Of a DNA stretch of 64,000 bases, positions 42,774 to 55,015 are shown piece by piece. The notes beneath the pieces were generated by a model. The model was not told the origin of the DNA. It ran no database searches and saw only the letters and a list, made by a program, of their open reading frames with translations. Within the stretch, counting starts at the first letter, position 1; each line of letters starts with the position of its first letter. The position numbers and the translations under genes are program-made. Origin of the DNA: Rhodosorus marinus CCMP1338 (Eukaryota > Plantae > Rhodophyta); the NCBI GenBank assembly GCA_029953675.1, contig JAMWBK010000006.1:744001-808000 (forward strand). The letters are read 5' to 3'.

Positions 42774-44854
42774 GTGATGGGAGCTGGGCATTTGGTCGAC
42801 CCCAATGGCCGGCTAGGGGCGTTGAGGCAAGATCCGGTTGTGATTGCGGCGATTGGGCCGAGGGGCTCTGCCAAGTCTTCCCTGTTGAATAGGATCTTCT
42901 CGTCCGGATTGAAGGAGTCGAGCTCGCGTTTAGAGCAAGCGACGCTTGGGGCGCAACTGGAGAGGTTTTATTTCGCGGACTCTGATGTGGCTCTGATCGA
43001 CGTCGAGGGGTTTGATTCGAGGTAGGAGGTGTCCGCGCTCGAACGCTTATTTGGGGAGCATTGAGTGCATTGGTTGCGTTACTTTCGTGATATCGAATCG
43101 TGATTCTGATTTCATCGTGCAATTTTTTTGAATATTAGTGACGAGAAGCGCTATAAGATTCAGGGAAGAGCAATGACCCTAACTCTGGCGGTCGCTGATG
43201 TCGTCATTTTGAACTGTCATCTGCATGACCTGTTCAGAGATGTAGCTGCCGTTTTCGCTCCCGTTGCAGCCGCAGTAACCGAGCTCAAGAAACTGGAGAA
43301 AGAGAAGTTAGTGCCACAACGGACTGCAAAGGCTCCGCTTCTTCTGTTGGCGAGAGATTTCGATGCTGGTATGCGGCCGTCGGCTGTGTTTTGCCTCAGC
43401 GGTCATGTTCGGAAACATCTAACCAACTCGTCTATCCGTTCTTCTAGATGAAGAATCTGCCGAAGAAGTGCTGAACGGTATCAAGAACGAAATGCCTGCT
43501 GAAGTATTGGAGGAGTTTGATGTGATGGTTAGTGCAGTAAGGAGCTTATTCGTCGAACCTGATCGGCACGACATGGACGCTTCAGAAATCCGAACAAAGT
43601 GTGTAAGCCTGGTGCAATCTGCGTCTGCGAATGTGAGAAGCAAGGATGTCATTCCACGAATCTGGAGTCGACTTTGTCAAGGTATGCTAACGCGCAGATT
43701 GTTTCGTAGCCTATGAGTTTGTCTTGTTCCATGTCCCCACAATATTCAAAATTGTTTCCGTATCGATCCCGTTGGTAGATGAAAACGATGTTCCGGACGA
43801 GGGAGAGCTTCAAGCAGCGTTCACCTGCGATGCCGCGTTTCAGAACTCCTGGAATAACCTGCAAGAGAGCATATCGAGTTGGACAGAGACAGTTGAGGGT
43901 GGAGCAATGTACAAGTTAGTATCCGAAACCATGACCTAGGACTCGAGTGACACCAGTGGAGACAATCGTATTTTCTTGATTTCCTAACCATACCCATTCT
44001 TGTTGCCGCAATCATTCTTGCAGTGACTTTGGCAAGATGTGTGACGAGTACGCAGCCGCGGCGCTGGAAAAATTTGACGAGGACAACAGCTCGCGTACCT
44101 CCTCGGCTGCCTTCAAACGAAAACGAGCGGAGCTCGTCGCTGCAATGAACAGATCTTTTGAGGATTTGGCGTCTAGGCAGTTCCGAATTCTTAGCGAGAC
44201 GGAGATGCAGAGCTTTGCGTCGAACCTCGAATCCATGTCTGTAAGCCTAAGTTTTCCAAACTTATTTTCTTGGATCGAGTTATGCAGGGTTCGCTGATTG
44301 TCTACTCTGCATCTGCAATGATTAGAGTGGACCAAACCCGAACATGGGGAAAGACATAAACGCGCTTTCAAAGGCTGCGAAGGCGAGCTTCGTCAAGAAG
44401 GCAGAGGCTCTGAAACCCAGGGGGTCAAGAGTTCGATATGACACTTATCAGAAGGAACTGTTTAACAACATCAAGACGCAAGCAAAGTCAAGGATGCAGT
44501 TTGCGCAGATGACGGGCTTGTACCATCCACCGAAGAGGTTGGTTGTCATGCAAAAGCAGCACTAGGAACTTTTTTTTAGCTTGCTGGTTCTTATGTACAC
44601 GGGTTGCGCTCTTCACTCTTTTGCGTTGTTTTAGGGAGCCCATTTCAATTGGATTCCACTACCTGCACCCCCATCCCTTTGGATTGGATTCGAAATCGGA
44701 GCACCTGAGCCTCAACGACAACGTGAAGTTCGACGTGGCAAGGGCTAGTGTTGCGGAAGACATAGGACAGCCGTTGCAGGGGCCGAAGGTCCGCCGCGAG
44801 AAGCAAGAATACGACGACGCTTTGAAAGCTTACGAAGTGGACTCAAAATTGTAA
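42774..44854 (+). CDS. RHD3/Sey1-like GTPase-fold protein, divergent, multi-exon
   Basis: IAAIGPRGSAKSSLLNRIF (P-loop), LIDVEGFDSR, LAVADVVILN, LLLARDF, then a helical region. Confidence 0.7.
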
Positions 44855-45110
44855 AACCAAATCTGCCGCCTCTCTGGAAGTTTGTGGCCAATTCGGGAAA
44901 CTCGGGCCCGGTCCCTGCAGCAGCCGGGAAAAAGGTTCTGTAAGGCGGGGGTGTTATTCCTTGGTCTTGGGTGAGTGCACCTTAGTGAAACTGTTCATGG
45001 CAAGCTTGGCTGCTATGCAGACGCGTTTTAAGAACTTTACGCGAAGAAACAAAACACTTTTTGCAAGTTGGAAGATGCGGGGGCGGCGAGCAGGTTACCA
45101 CTTCCGTCAG

Positions 45111-46579
45111 TTACGCCGTTGCTTCAAAAATTACACACCAGTTGGACTTGTCGAAAAAAGAATCCACAGCTCTCGCTCCAGGTACGGAGTTCACGAGGGT
45201 CTCCAATTCACCCTCCTGAAATAGGTGATAGTACCTCTTGTAAACCTGGAAACTATCATCTGGCGTCGTCTTGCTCACGGAGCATGGATCTTGTTCATGT
45301 TGCCTCTGGGTTCTGTGGCTGGGCAGGTGCCATGGAACGAAGAAATCATTGCCATCTATCTTTTCCCACTTTGCTATAGTTTTAGCAGGTTTTTCCTGTT
45401 CCATCGCCCACGCCGTGATCAGTGCACGACCACCGCGACGGAGCACACGAGCGATCTCGGCGATAAGGCGCTTCCGTCTTTCCACGGATGAGATATGATG
45501 CACGACAGCTATGCAGATGGCTGCATCACAACTGGAATCTCTGTACGGACAGTTCAATCCGTCGGCAGCCAGCGCATCGAAGCTTTTCTCCACGCAGACA
45601 TTCACAAGACCTACCGAGAGATCACTGGCGAGGAACATGCAGTCTTTACGTGTTGAAAGGTACTTTCCATTACCGCAGCCGACGTCGGCTATGACGCTGC
45701 CCTTGTCAATTCTGTGTCACATTTGCGAAACCGTAATAAAGAAAGAGAAGCAAGCTTGAGATTCTCGCCAAGCGGGCAGGGTGAAAACATGTGCGGGGCT
45801 GGTGGACGTCTTTCTTACGAGTTGAGAAAATCCACAACCTTTGGCCATCGAGAGAACCTTGTGGAGCTGAAATGCGGTGCGATAGCGTCGTACATTCTTC
45901 GCACATATTCATCCTCGACGCCTGGCAGAATTTTGAGCTGCTCGTTCTTTCGAGTGTCACATTCATCCGGCCAGTCACAAATGCAAGGGTTAACTTGGAT
46001 TCTTCGAAACGTGAAGCTCACTCGTCGTGTTGGTCTCGGCACCGCGCGTCCTTCTTCGAGCGGATCAGTCTTTCGGTGCGGAATGTAGTGTCTCCACGCA
46101 TACCGGGCTTCACTAGCGAGGATCAGGACGCTTCTTCTCGGAAGCAGCAGTGCCTGCTTTTCATGCCCTCTCCTAAACTCCATAACCGTATGTCCAGCCA
46201 GTGACACAGAAGCCAAAACGTTTGTAAACATTGAATGTGTGTCAACATGAGGACTCAGCCCCACGCCAGGAACGTATTCGTTCACAGTCAACTGATCAAA
46301 CTCCTGTCCCACATCGTCCAACGCCTTCAGCCTCGATACAATCGGCTCTACAAAACGAGGTAGAGGACCGATCTTCTCCCGAGGATTCACGCCACGCACC
46401 TTGTAGTCGAAGGCATATCCATGATGCTGTACTCTCCGCTTCGACAGATTCTCCCACCCCTTGCCATCAACAGCTCGAAGAAGGGTTTGCTCCTCCGCTT
46501 CAGTCAAAAATCCTTCTAGAAGAATCAGCCCACGGATTCCAGTCTCCACTCCCTTACGTTTGATCACCGACTCGCTCAT
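45111..46579 (-). CDS. ALKBH8: ALKBH8/TRM9-like tRNA wobble-uridine modifying enzyme (AlkB dioxygenase plus SAM methyltransferase); 5' end uncertain
   Basis: RRVQHHGYAFDY, QLTVNEY, SPHVDTH (HxD), WRHYI, RVSFTFR, CICDWPDECD, YDAIAPHFSSTR, DVGCGNGKY, IAVVHHISS..RR. Confidence 0.9.
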
Positions 46580-47019
46580 CTATACAAAGAAAAAATCTCC
46601 AAGAGCAGCCGGGTCATCCACCCTACCGCCTCCAACTCAGTGTCCCAACTGCCCCTTCCGTCCTTACGGCCATCTGAAGACGCCGCACACTCAAAATTAC
46701 TGAGACTGATGAGGAGGGTGAAGATCCCTGATACTCCTCGTAATGAATTCGATGGTTGGTACCCCTCTGCTCTCTTTGTCCCACACTTCGCCGCTGGACT
46801 GCCGACCAGGCGGCCCGAGCCGGCTTGATCATCGTCACAGATCTGGATGAAGACGATGGAGAAGTGTGGACGAGCATGACTGAGAACGGCATCACTGGTG
46901 CAAGCAAACGCAAGATGCAAAAACAAGGATAGAAGACAACCGTCTTGGATGGAGTTGTGAAGAAGCGTCCATTTCAAGATCCAGCCAGACTGCAAATGCG
47001 GTTAGCTAGACCGGTGCTC

Positions 47020-47465
47020 GAGGACGACCGTTTTGTTCCTAAAGTCACAGAAACGTATGTGGATGACGCGTCGCTGGAAACGAACGCGCCCAGCAGCGTC
47101 CCTCTTAGATAGCGGAATGGACGTATATCAGTAGAATCCGTTTCCGTTTCATTGGTTCCTGACAGACCATCTGAAGTCACGCATTCATGCGATCGGGGTA
47201 AGAACGGATGAAGATGGTCGAGCAGTATAAGGACTTGGACAGAACAAATAGGACTAATACCAGTCGCTTCAAAGAAGTGCACCCCGTGTTTCCATGGAGA
47301 GGCTTAAGACACCCTTGCCACATGTCACTCTCGCTGAATTGCTCCCATCGTAGAGAAGGACGCATCGAAGAAGATCGAGCTGTAGCTGAGGAGCAGGCAA
47401 AAAAGGTAAACAAAAACTGCGCAGCGCTAAAAGCCAATTTCGCTTCCATGGCTCTCGACGATTAG
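47020..47465 (+). CDS. Possible small spliced hypothetical protein
   Basis: Terminal segment RREGRIEEDRAVAEEQAKKVNKNCAALKANFASMALDD* looks coiled-coil-like, and GT-AG sites lie nearby. No family recognised. Confidence 0.3.
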
Positions 47466-47651
47466 GACGAACGAAAGGGGGGCCGTGATGATCTATCTCA
47501 AGCCCGACCGCCTTCGATCTTAACGTTTTTGTTTGATGTTGTTTCGCAGGTACTGATTTCAGTCTGCTGAAGCCTCAAGATCGGGTTTGGGCGGAGAGGA
47601 ATTGCAGAAGAACTAGCTTTGTTTTTCAGGGAGACGTAACCCGGTGAAAAC

Positions 47652-48230
47652 ATGTCTGGGAACAAGACAAAGCCGATGTATGGTGAAGACGTCGAGATGT
47701 TCATTGAAAACGTATCTGATAAAGTGCTTCGCGAAGACTGCCGAGAAATTCACAAACTGATGCAGAATGTGAGCAAGGAGGAGGCGATCTTGTGGGGTAG
47801 CAAGGAGGGTCAAGCGCTTTGGGGTAGCGCGATTGTCGGTTTCGGGATTTACGAATATACTTACCGTTCTGGTAGGAGCGGTGAATGGATGAGGCTTGGC
47901 TATTCACCTCGAAAGAATGGCCTATCGGTTTACCTCGGATGCGGGCTTCCGCCGGGCGTCGACGAGGAGGTGAAAGCGCTAGGCAAGTGCAAGTCCGGAC
48001 GCTCGTGTATTAGCATCAGAAGGCTTTCGGACATCGATTTGAACGTACTCGAGACAATACTACGCAAATCCTGGCATGCGAATGACCAGATTATAGAAAA
48101 TATGAACAAGCGCCCAAGCAAAGAGCAGAAGAACTCGAAGAAGCAGGCTGGGCCTGTGTCGCTGAAAGTTGGGAAGAGAGCGGCGAACAAACAGGACACC
48201 ACCTCCAAGAAGAAAAAGCGCAGGACTTGA
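47652..48230 (+). CDS. DUF1801 (YdhG-like) domain protein, intronless, with a Lys-rich C-terminal tail
   Basis: NKTKP..DVEMFI..REDC..LMQ..WGSAIVGFGIYEYTYRSGRSGEW..GYSPRK..LSVYL..LGKCKSGRSCISIRRLSDIDL closely follows the recalled bacterial DUF1801 consensus. Confidence 0.85.
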   Translation: MSGNKTKPMYGEDVEMFIENVSDKVLREDCREIHKLMQNVSKEEAILWGSKEGQALWGSAIVGFGIYEYTYRSGRSGEWMRLGYSPRKNGLSVYLGCGLPPGVDEEVKALGKCKSGRSCISIRRLSDIDLNVLETILRKSWHANDQIIENMNKRPSKEQKNSKKQAGPVSLKVGKRAANKQDTTSKKKKRRT

Positions 48231-48781
48231 AACGTCCGTCTACCACTCAAATGACCATCGCTCTTTACTGCATTTGCCCTTGGAATCAGTGGGTTTTTCC
48301 GAATCTGCAGCAAAGAACCCCAGAGTCGAGAAAAGCGCGAGACGAAAATGTACGGACAATGGTCCGTCCTCAGCGGTCTGATTCTCAGCACAAGTTTCGT
48401 ATGTGCAGTCTATATTTATGCCCATCGTTTGGAACACCGAAAACAATAGCCTGAAAGTGTGTGCTCTGCACGAAACCAGTTCTTTCCACCAAGGAAGCTT
48501 GACAAGAACCTAACGGGTGCTGAGACAACCATTGAACTGATTGCGAGTCCGGCATCTCGAAACCAAAGCCTTTCCGTGGCTGTTTCGTTTCGACAACAAG
48601 TCTCAAGTTCTCACCAGCTTTCGTTCACATATACACCTCTCCTGGCGATCCAACTTCCGAGCTCTTTCGGATACCCAGACCCAGAGCAGAGCGGTAATAG
48701 ATGGTTGCAGAGAGTTGACCTTGGGCGAGGCTCTTCCATCGAACCAAACACCCGAGCAAGCAAATCTTCGGAAGAAATTCC

Positions 48782-50634
48782 TCACCGCCTCGGTGTACCT
48801 CCTTCGTCGTCAGTATCGTACCGATGCGGGTTGTCCAGGAACAGAGTGCCCTTCTGGCGGATGACCTCCTTACTCAGTGAAGGTGGATTGGAGGACTGCG
48901 AAGAGATCGACCGGCCGGACTCGGCAAGCTTTGACATCTTGCTACGTTCGGTGGGCGGAATGCTCATTTTGCCTGGAAACGGGCGTGTGCGTTCGGATGG
49001 CAGTTCCTTCTGAAAGCGTCCAGATGTTGTGCGGCTGCCATTCGGAGCTATTTTGATCGGATCCTGTGCATGTATCGCGTCCGCCAGATCCTCTTTTGTG
49101 GGCATCGCCTCATTTTCATCACCAGCAGTGTAGGCGCTTGGCTCCTTTGCGTTGAACTTGCGCAACGCATAACTTGGTAGAATGCTGTTTGAACCGTACT
49201 TGGCACGAAGTCTTTGCAGACTCCCGGCGGCACCTCTTGACGAGAGGCTTGAGAAAGTCGATGGTACGTTGGGGATGTGCCAAAAGTAGGTGATAACCAC
49301 CAAAGCCGGGACCAATTCCCACACGGTCAACATCAAGGACGCCTGAAAAGGATGTGATCGAAACGCATCCACCAGTCCATCGCCTTCCAAAATTCCGTAC
49401 TCCATCATCCCGAAGGCAGCCTAAACCAAAACCCCGGTTTAGAACCAGTCATTTCAGAACCAAGCTGTGGAGACCGAATAGGGTTTCCCATTCTTGTGAG
49501 CGCGACATACCGCGAGATCTGAAAACGCTCTAAGAAGGAAGCAAAAGATTAAGAGCGTACAGATCATGACCATCTTGTTGGCCACGTCATATTTCTTCAC
49601 GTTCTCTCCACCAGGTTGCAGAAGTGCAGGACCTTGGAAGTGGTCGTGGTCGTACAGGTGATAGCTGTAGTAGAGCAGAATTGCTGAAAGCGCCAGGAAG
49701 ACAATTCCGGCATGCAGAATATGAATTCGCCGGATGACGCTGATATCGAAGACGCTAACTGTCATGGAGTAAACTACAAAGTGCACAAAACGAACAAGAC
49801 CATTAGACAAACTTCCGCTTCCGAAAAGGGTTGTACCGCCGGGACAAGCAACGGCGAAATGAGGATTGAACTATGATCCATTAGACCGTTATGACTGTGT
49901 GCGTCGTGCGCATGTTTTTGACTTCAACGTACAAAGCGTTAGGAGAGTGGAAAACAGCACTGCAGCGAGGATTCCACTTTGCCAGTATATCCTGTGGGGT
50001 TATAGAGGATTTCTTAGTTGTCAAGGTCAACTTCAGAATTTTCATTCCATCTCCGCAGAGCACCTTGTTTTTTCCCAATCGCCCCGTTCGACTAGGTAAG
50101 CGCAAAACATTGAGAGGAGGAGAAACGTAGCTAGTTCGAGGGATACCGGAAGCCACTGGAAAAAGTAGGAAGCACCTGTAGGCCTTAATTTCCAGAGGGT
50201 GACACAAGGAAGAGAAAGGGTGAGCTGGAGTGATTAAAATCTACACATTGACAAGGTCGATTTGGCAGGAGACTGCTTACTCGTAGTTGAACAGGAAAAC
50301 ACATGATCGAATCGCGGACCAGGAAAACGTGAGCACCAAAAACCCTTTTGCGGAAAACAAAAAGGCCAGTGAAAAAGGAAAACCCGCAAGAGGCAGGAAG
50401 AGACACCAGAAGGAAAGGAAAATAGAAGGTCAGAAGCCATAGCACAATTGCACGAACAAGAATCCTAGACTGCTATATTATTCGGTTGAATTATTCCTCA
50501 CCAGACTGGAATGATAACAGATTATGCCTGTACAAGCAGATCCGGATGATTTGGCTGAATACAGCGATCGCCAACGCAAAGTACAGAACACCCACCACCC
50601 TAGCCGCATGGCTAGCCTCCACAAGACCACTCAT
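48782..50634 (-). CDS. GPR137/TM7SF1-like (THH1/TOM1/TOM3 domain) multi-pass membrane protein
   Basis: N-terminal LYFALAIAVFSQIIRICLYRHNLLSFQ, several TM helices, FLLRAF, VWELVPALVV, and C-terminal FLDNPHRYDTDDE (cf. GPR137 FFDNPRRYDSDD). Confidence 0.8.
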
Positions 50635-52540
50635 CACTACCCCTGAAAACCACACAAACTTAACACAACACAACTGAACCTCCCACTATAAAACTCCTCA
50701 ATCACTGGCCGTTTTAGTCACTAGAAGACCACCATCGTTGTCCAGTCTTCCATTCAAACCTCTCTCAAATCCAACAATCCACTCCACGTTCCCATCCAAC
50801 CTATGAATCTCACTACACCAGAGAACCCTCCCCGCCCGCTCCTGGTCCACCGACTACCCAAAGCCTCGCCTGCCTTTAGCGAACAGGTCTACTAGACGTA
50901 CAACTTTTGTCGACGAGTCTCAGACAGGTCCAAATCTCCTTTCCCAAACTCTGCCTTCAACAGCTTCATACCCGTTCCTCACTTCCGCCTTCCCCAATTC
51001 TCCCTCACGCATCCGTTTCAGTAAACAAAATACTTCAGCGTCTTCCTCTTCCACGCCAAGTTCCGATTCTAGAAAAGCCGCCCTCCCTTTTAGGTACAAA
51101 TAGTCTCCAACGCGTTTCAGAGATTCAACAAACAGAGATTTCTCCCAACTCCAACCTTCTCTCCTCAATCAGGTTTTCCTGACTCAGGTCATTCCCCCCA
51201 CTCAAATCTGCTCACTTCCGTTTTCACTCAGATTATATCACAGCAGCCTCCTCTTAAACACCAAATCCCGACTCCCCCTTTCTAGCGAAGTGCCAAAGCC
51301 TCCACAGACTCTCTAACTAGCTCGACCAAGAGGAATCCTCTCGACTAGATAGTCGATCTCCACAACAGCATCAAGCATCGTTCGCTAAACAAGTGGTTCT
51401 AGTCTCTCTCTCATTCTCTGTCACCCTCTCTTTGAACCAAAGTTGTCGAACTACTTTCGAGCTAGCAATTCGATCAACGATGACGTGGACAGCCTCGACA
51501 ATGGCACATGTCCCCAAGGATTTTGTCTTATCACTTCCCCAAAGCGTGAATGGCTTCAGACCCCTTGCACATGCGCCTCTCGGAATGTTGCAAAGAAACT
51601 TGGGAGGTCAAAAGGGTCAGATCGATACCTCCTGGCTTCAGGACGTCTACACAAACCAAACCGTTGACTTTTACTGACAAAACCAAAACCATGCCCTGCG
51701 TTCGCTTGCTGATTAATCCAGTTGGCCACGGCGTTGACCACCAGCTATCCTCAAAACTATCGTTAGATCCACGTTTTATCGTGTACCCGACTCAAAACCT
51801 GCCTTACCGGCAAGATGTAGCACCTGGTCGTGATTAGTACAGCACGACTGTCTCTAGCAATCAAGTGGTTGGAGAATCTACCACTTGGTTGCCTAGTATA
51901 GCAGGTTTGAGTAGAGAGTGCACCGTAGCTGAACTAAGGATGCTCGATTTTGCAGAAAAGATTTTAATCTGAAGCTACTTAATCTTCACTCCGGGCTGAG
52001 TGTTTGCTTCCAAGCGTCTTGAAACACACAACTACCAGAGGTTGAACAGGCGCTAAGCTCTAGGTTCCTGCAATGCCATTCGTACTCAGTTCACAAAGCT
52101 TTGCCAATGGCCGCAGATATCCGAAGTCCTCTTAGTCATCCAAATATACACAGTGGACTTTGTTGAACCCTTCATAGTCGGTGGAATGGAGCAGGCGCCA
52201 AGTTTCATACACAATGGTATCAAGAGAATCCAACAGTCGCAAGCCTGCGCTACCTTTGAGCTCTATTCCACACCCAATACAATCGGTTCAATGGCCCAAG
52301 GGTGTGCGGGTCACATGAGAGCTCCGGTATCCTAGCTCGGTGCACTCGTCTGTACAAATAAACACTGTTTAAAACCCCACGATTCTCCTATCGTTCAATG
52401 TCAGATCTTTTCATGGGGGGGCCTATTCCCTTTAGCTGTTCTGAACTAGTTCGCAGCCAACCTGCAGACAAGGATCTCACGACGTCACGAGCATGAGAAC
52501 TGAGAGCGGGCACTTCGAGAACTTGCAAGGCTAGCCGATC

Positions 52541-54000
52541 CTATCTGCTAGGGCTGGTTGGCCGCCGTGGTGACGTTCTCCCGTCATCGTCCGATCTATT
52601 CTCGGTGTCTAAGAGCCTCTGCATTTCCAAACCAGAATGACTCAACTTGTTCTCAGTCCCTAGATCTCCTTCCGAGTCAGAGGCCTGTCCCTCTGATCCA
52701 GGCGATCCTGGACGAATCCTCCCACCCCTAGGTCCAGTCTCCTCTGCCGCTTGTTCAACCTTGACAGGGCCAAAGAAAGAGGGTGAGAAAAATGTTTTGC
52801 TGCGGCGAAGACTCTTGGTGATAATTTCCCCCAGGGAGGCGTACATCTGAGCCTTCTTGCCGGAGATCGTCGTCGTCAAAGTCATGCTCAAAATCGACCT
52901 CCTCGCTCGTCCGCGAGACCTTCCTTCTGCGCTTGACTCTAGGCTTTTCCTCGGCTTCCTGCAAAATTGCATTTTCAATAGTTGCTACAGGCGGTTTCTT
53001 CTCCACTTCAGCCGGCATGGATCCCATCATAAGCTCAGACTTCATCTAAATCGCGGGGAAGTATGGGAGCGGGTTCAGGTCCGAGTCGCAAAACGGGCGA
53101 AGATGGAGAGCGATAGGAGTAACCACTGTACCTGTGACTCTAGAAGCTTGTTTTCGATCGCGTTCAATCTGTTCTGCTGACGATCCACAATCTTCTTCTG
53201 TCTGGCCTCCACTTCCTCGAGCGTCTGCGTATAATTCTTTCTGTTCCTGAAACGGTAAAGTGACCGGTTTCCCAAGGGTACTAGGTCTACCGTATCGTCA
53301 TCGTTGAGGAGAAGAAACGCGTGCTGCAGGGTGTTTTGATCTCCCGCCCTTTCAAAACTCCCAGTAAGTACCCGCGTCTCCACGAGGGGTGTTGTATCTG
53401 GTCCCATTTTCTCGTCTACCATCTCCAGGTTCCAATCGCGCAAGTACCTCGGATACATCCTGCGAAAGTGGGAAGCGTTGAGAGCACTCGAGTTAGAATT
53501 CAGGTAACAGCCGAGTTCTGTCGAGTTCCCCTACATGGCATCCATACTTTCTTCTAAAGGTATCCTTCTTCGGTTTGTTGGGCCGAATCACTCTTTTCCC
53601 ACTGAAGTCTTTGAGAATACTATTCTGATTTACGTCCGCATCACGCTCCTCAGCTTTTCTGTTCTGAGTCCGTTTGTGGACGGTTCTTTCACCATCGCGA
53701 TAAATCCTGACCTCCTTCTAAAAACATTGTACAAAAGGGGAAGAAACGTAATCAGAAACACGCAAATCAAGGGAAGAAAGAAAAGTAACATCTATCCGTC
53801 AAAACCCATACCGGCTTCTTCAAATCCGGAGCTTCCGACTGAAATCTCGCCACGACGTAGTCTCGATTCGTCTCCAGATTACTCAACCTAAGCTTGTAAT
53901 CCCTAAAATCCGGAACTTCGGTTTCAATCAGGTCGTTCAGATCATCATCACCCAGGCTTATATCGTCATCCACATATCCCATCTCCTCATCGTCCCCCAT
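52541..54000 (-). CDS. Transcription initiation factor IIF subunit alpha (RAP74-like); 3' end uncertain
   Basis: DYKLRL..YVVARF, WNL..LTGSFE..LVPLG..YRF..QTLEEVEAR, and acidic VDFEHDFDDDD, consistent with the RAP74/Tfg1 layout. Confidence 0.65.
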
Positions 54001-54284
54001 CCTTGCTATTCGCCAAGAGTTCCTTCTACCCAATCGGAAACAAAAAAAGAAATTCCGGCTGTTTCTATCCCTCTTCTCGAAAATCAACACTAAAATTCCC
54101 GCTTCTTATCCTCACAAAACACCAAGTTAAATCCACACCACCACGCTTCGACAACGCCCACGAGTCAAAAGCACTGCCCCTCCCCTTCCCTTCCCTTCCC
54201 TTCACCTCACCCGCCCTCACAACCCGGACCCCTTCCCCTACCTAAATCATTGAACATCAAAACTATTCTATTCTCCTTCAAAAC

Positions 54285-55015
54285 TGAATCGAGGGTTTCT
54301 TCTCGAGTGTTTTTTTACATGAACGTCTTCGCCACCAACTCCCTCATACAAATCTGACGGAGCTCGATTAGCAACGAGATAGTCTTTCACGCTTTGTCTC
54401 TGTGTGTATCCTTCTCGAGCGCTTATCACACGAACGTCTTCGACGCCCACCCGCTCATGAAAATCTGTTGGACATCGATTAGCAACAAGATACCCTTTCG
54501 CACTTTGTCGCTATGTCTATCCTTCTCGATCGTTTTGCATATATAACGTCTTCGACTCCCACCCTTCAGACAAATCTGCTGGACCTCGATTAGCAAGAAG
54601 ATACTCTTCCACTCTTTGTCTCTGTGTCTATCCTTCTCGAGTGCTTTTCTCAGGAACGTCTGGTCACCCACCCCCCCATACAAATCTCATGGAGCTCGAT
54701 TAGCAATGAGATACTCTTTCACTCTTTATCCCTGATTTTCTATCCTTCTCGTGCGTTTTTGACACGAACGTGTTTCCACGCATGAAAATCTGTTGGAGCC
54801 TCGAATAGTAACAAGACACTCTTTCAATCTTGGTTTCTGTTTCTATCCTTCTCGAGCGTTTTTCACACGAACGTTTTTGACGCCCACCCCCTCATGCAAA
54901 TCTGCTGGTGGTCGATTAGCCCACAAGCTACCCGTTCGTTCTTTGTGTCTGTGTCTATGCTTCGCGGAAGAGCTTTTCACTCGAACGCCTTGTGCACCCA
55001 CCTAGTCCGAATCCC
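54285..55015. repeat. Degenerate ~111-bp tandem repeat, ~6.5 copies
   Basis: Anchor ATCCTTCTCG at 54408, 54519, 54630, 54742, 54845 and (degenerate) 54957. Confidence 0.9.

Noticed and set aside
50800-51840. Possible spliced gene including a Cys-containing segment (CPQGFC...PCTC)
   Set aside because: No consistent exon chain or recognisable family could be built by eye.
54268-55005. ORFs within the 111-bp array
   Set aside because: Frames shift and stop between units; no continuous repeat protein.
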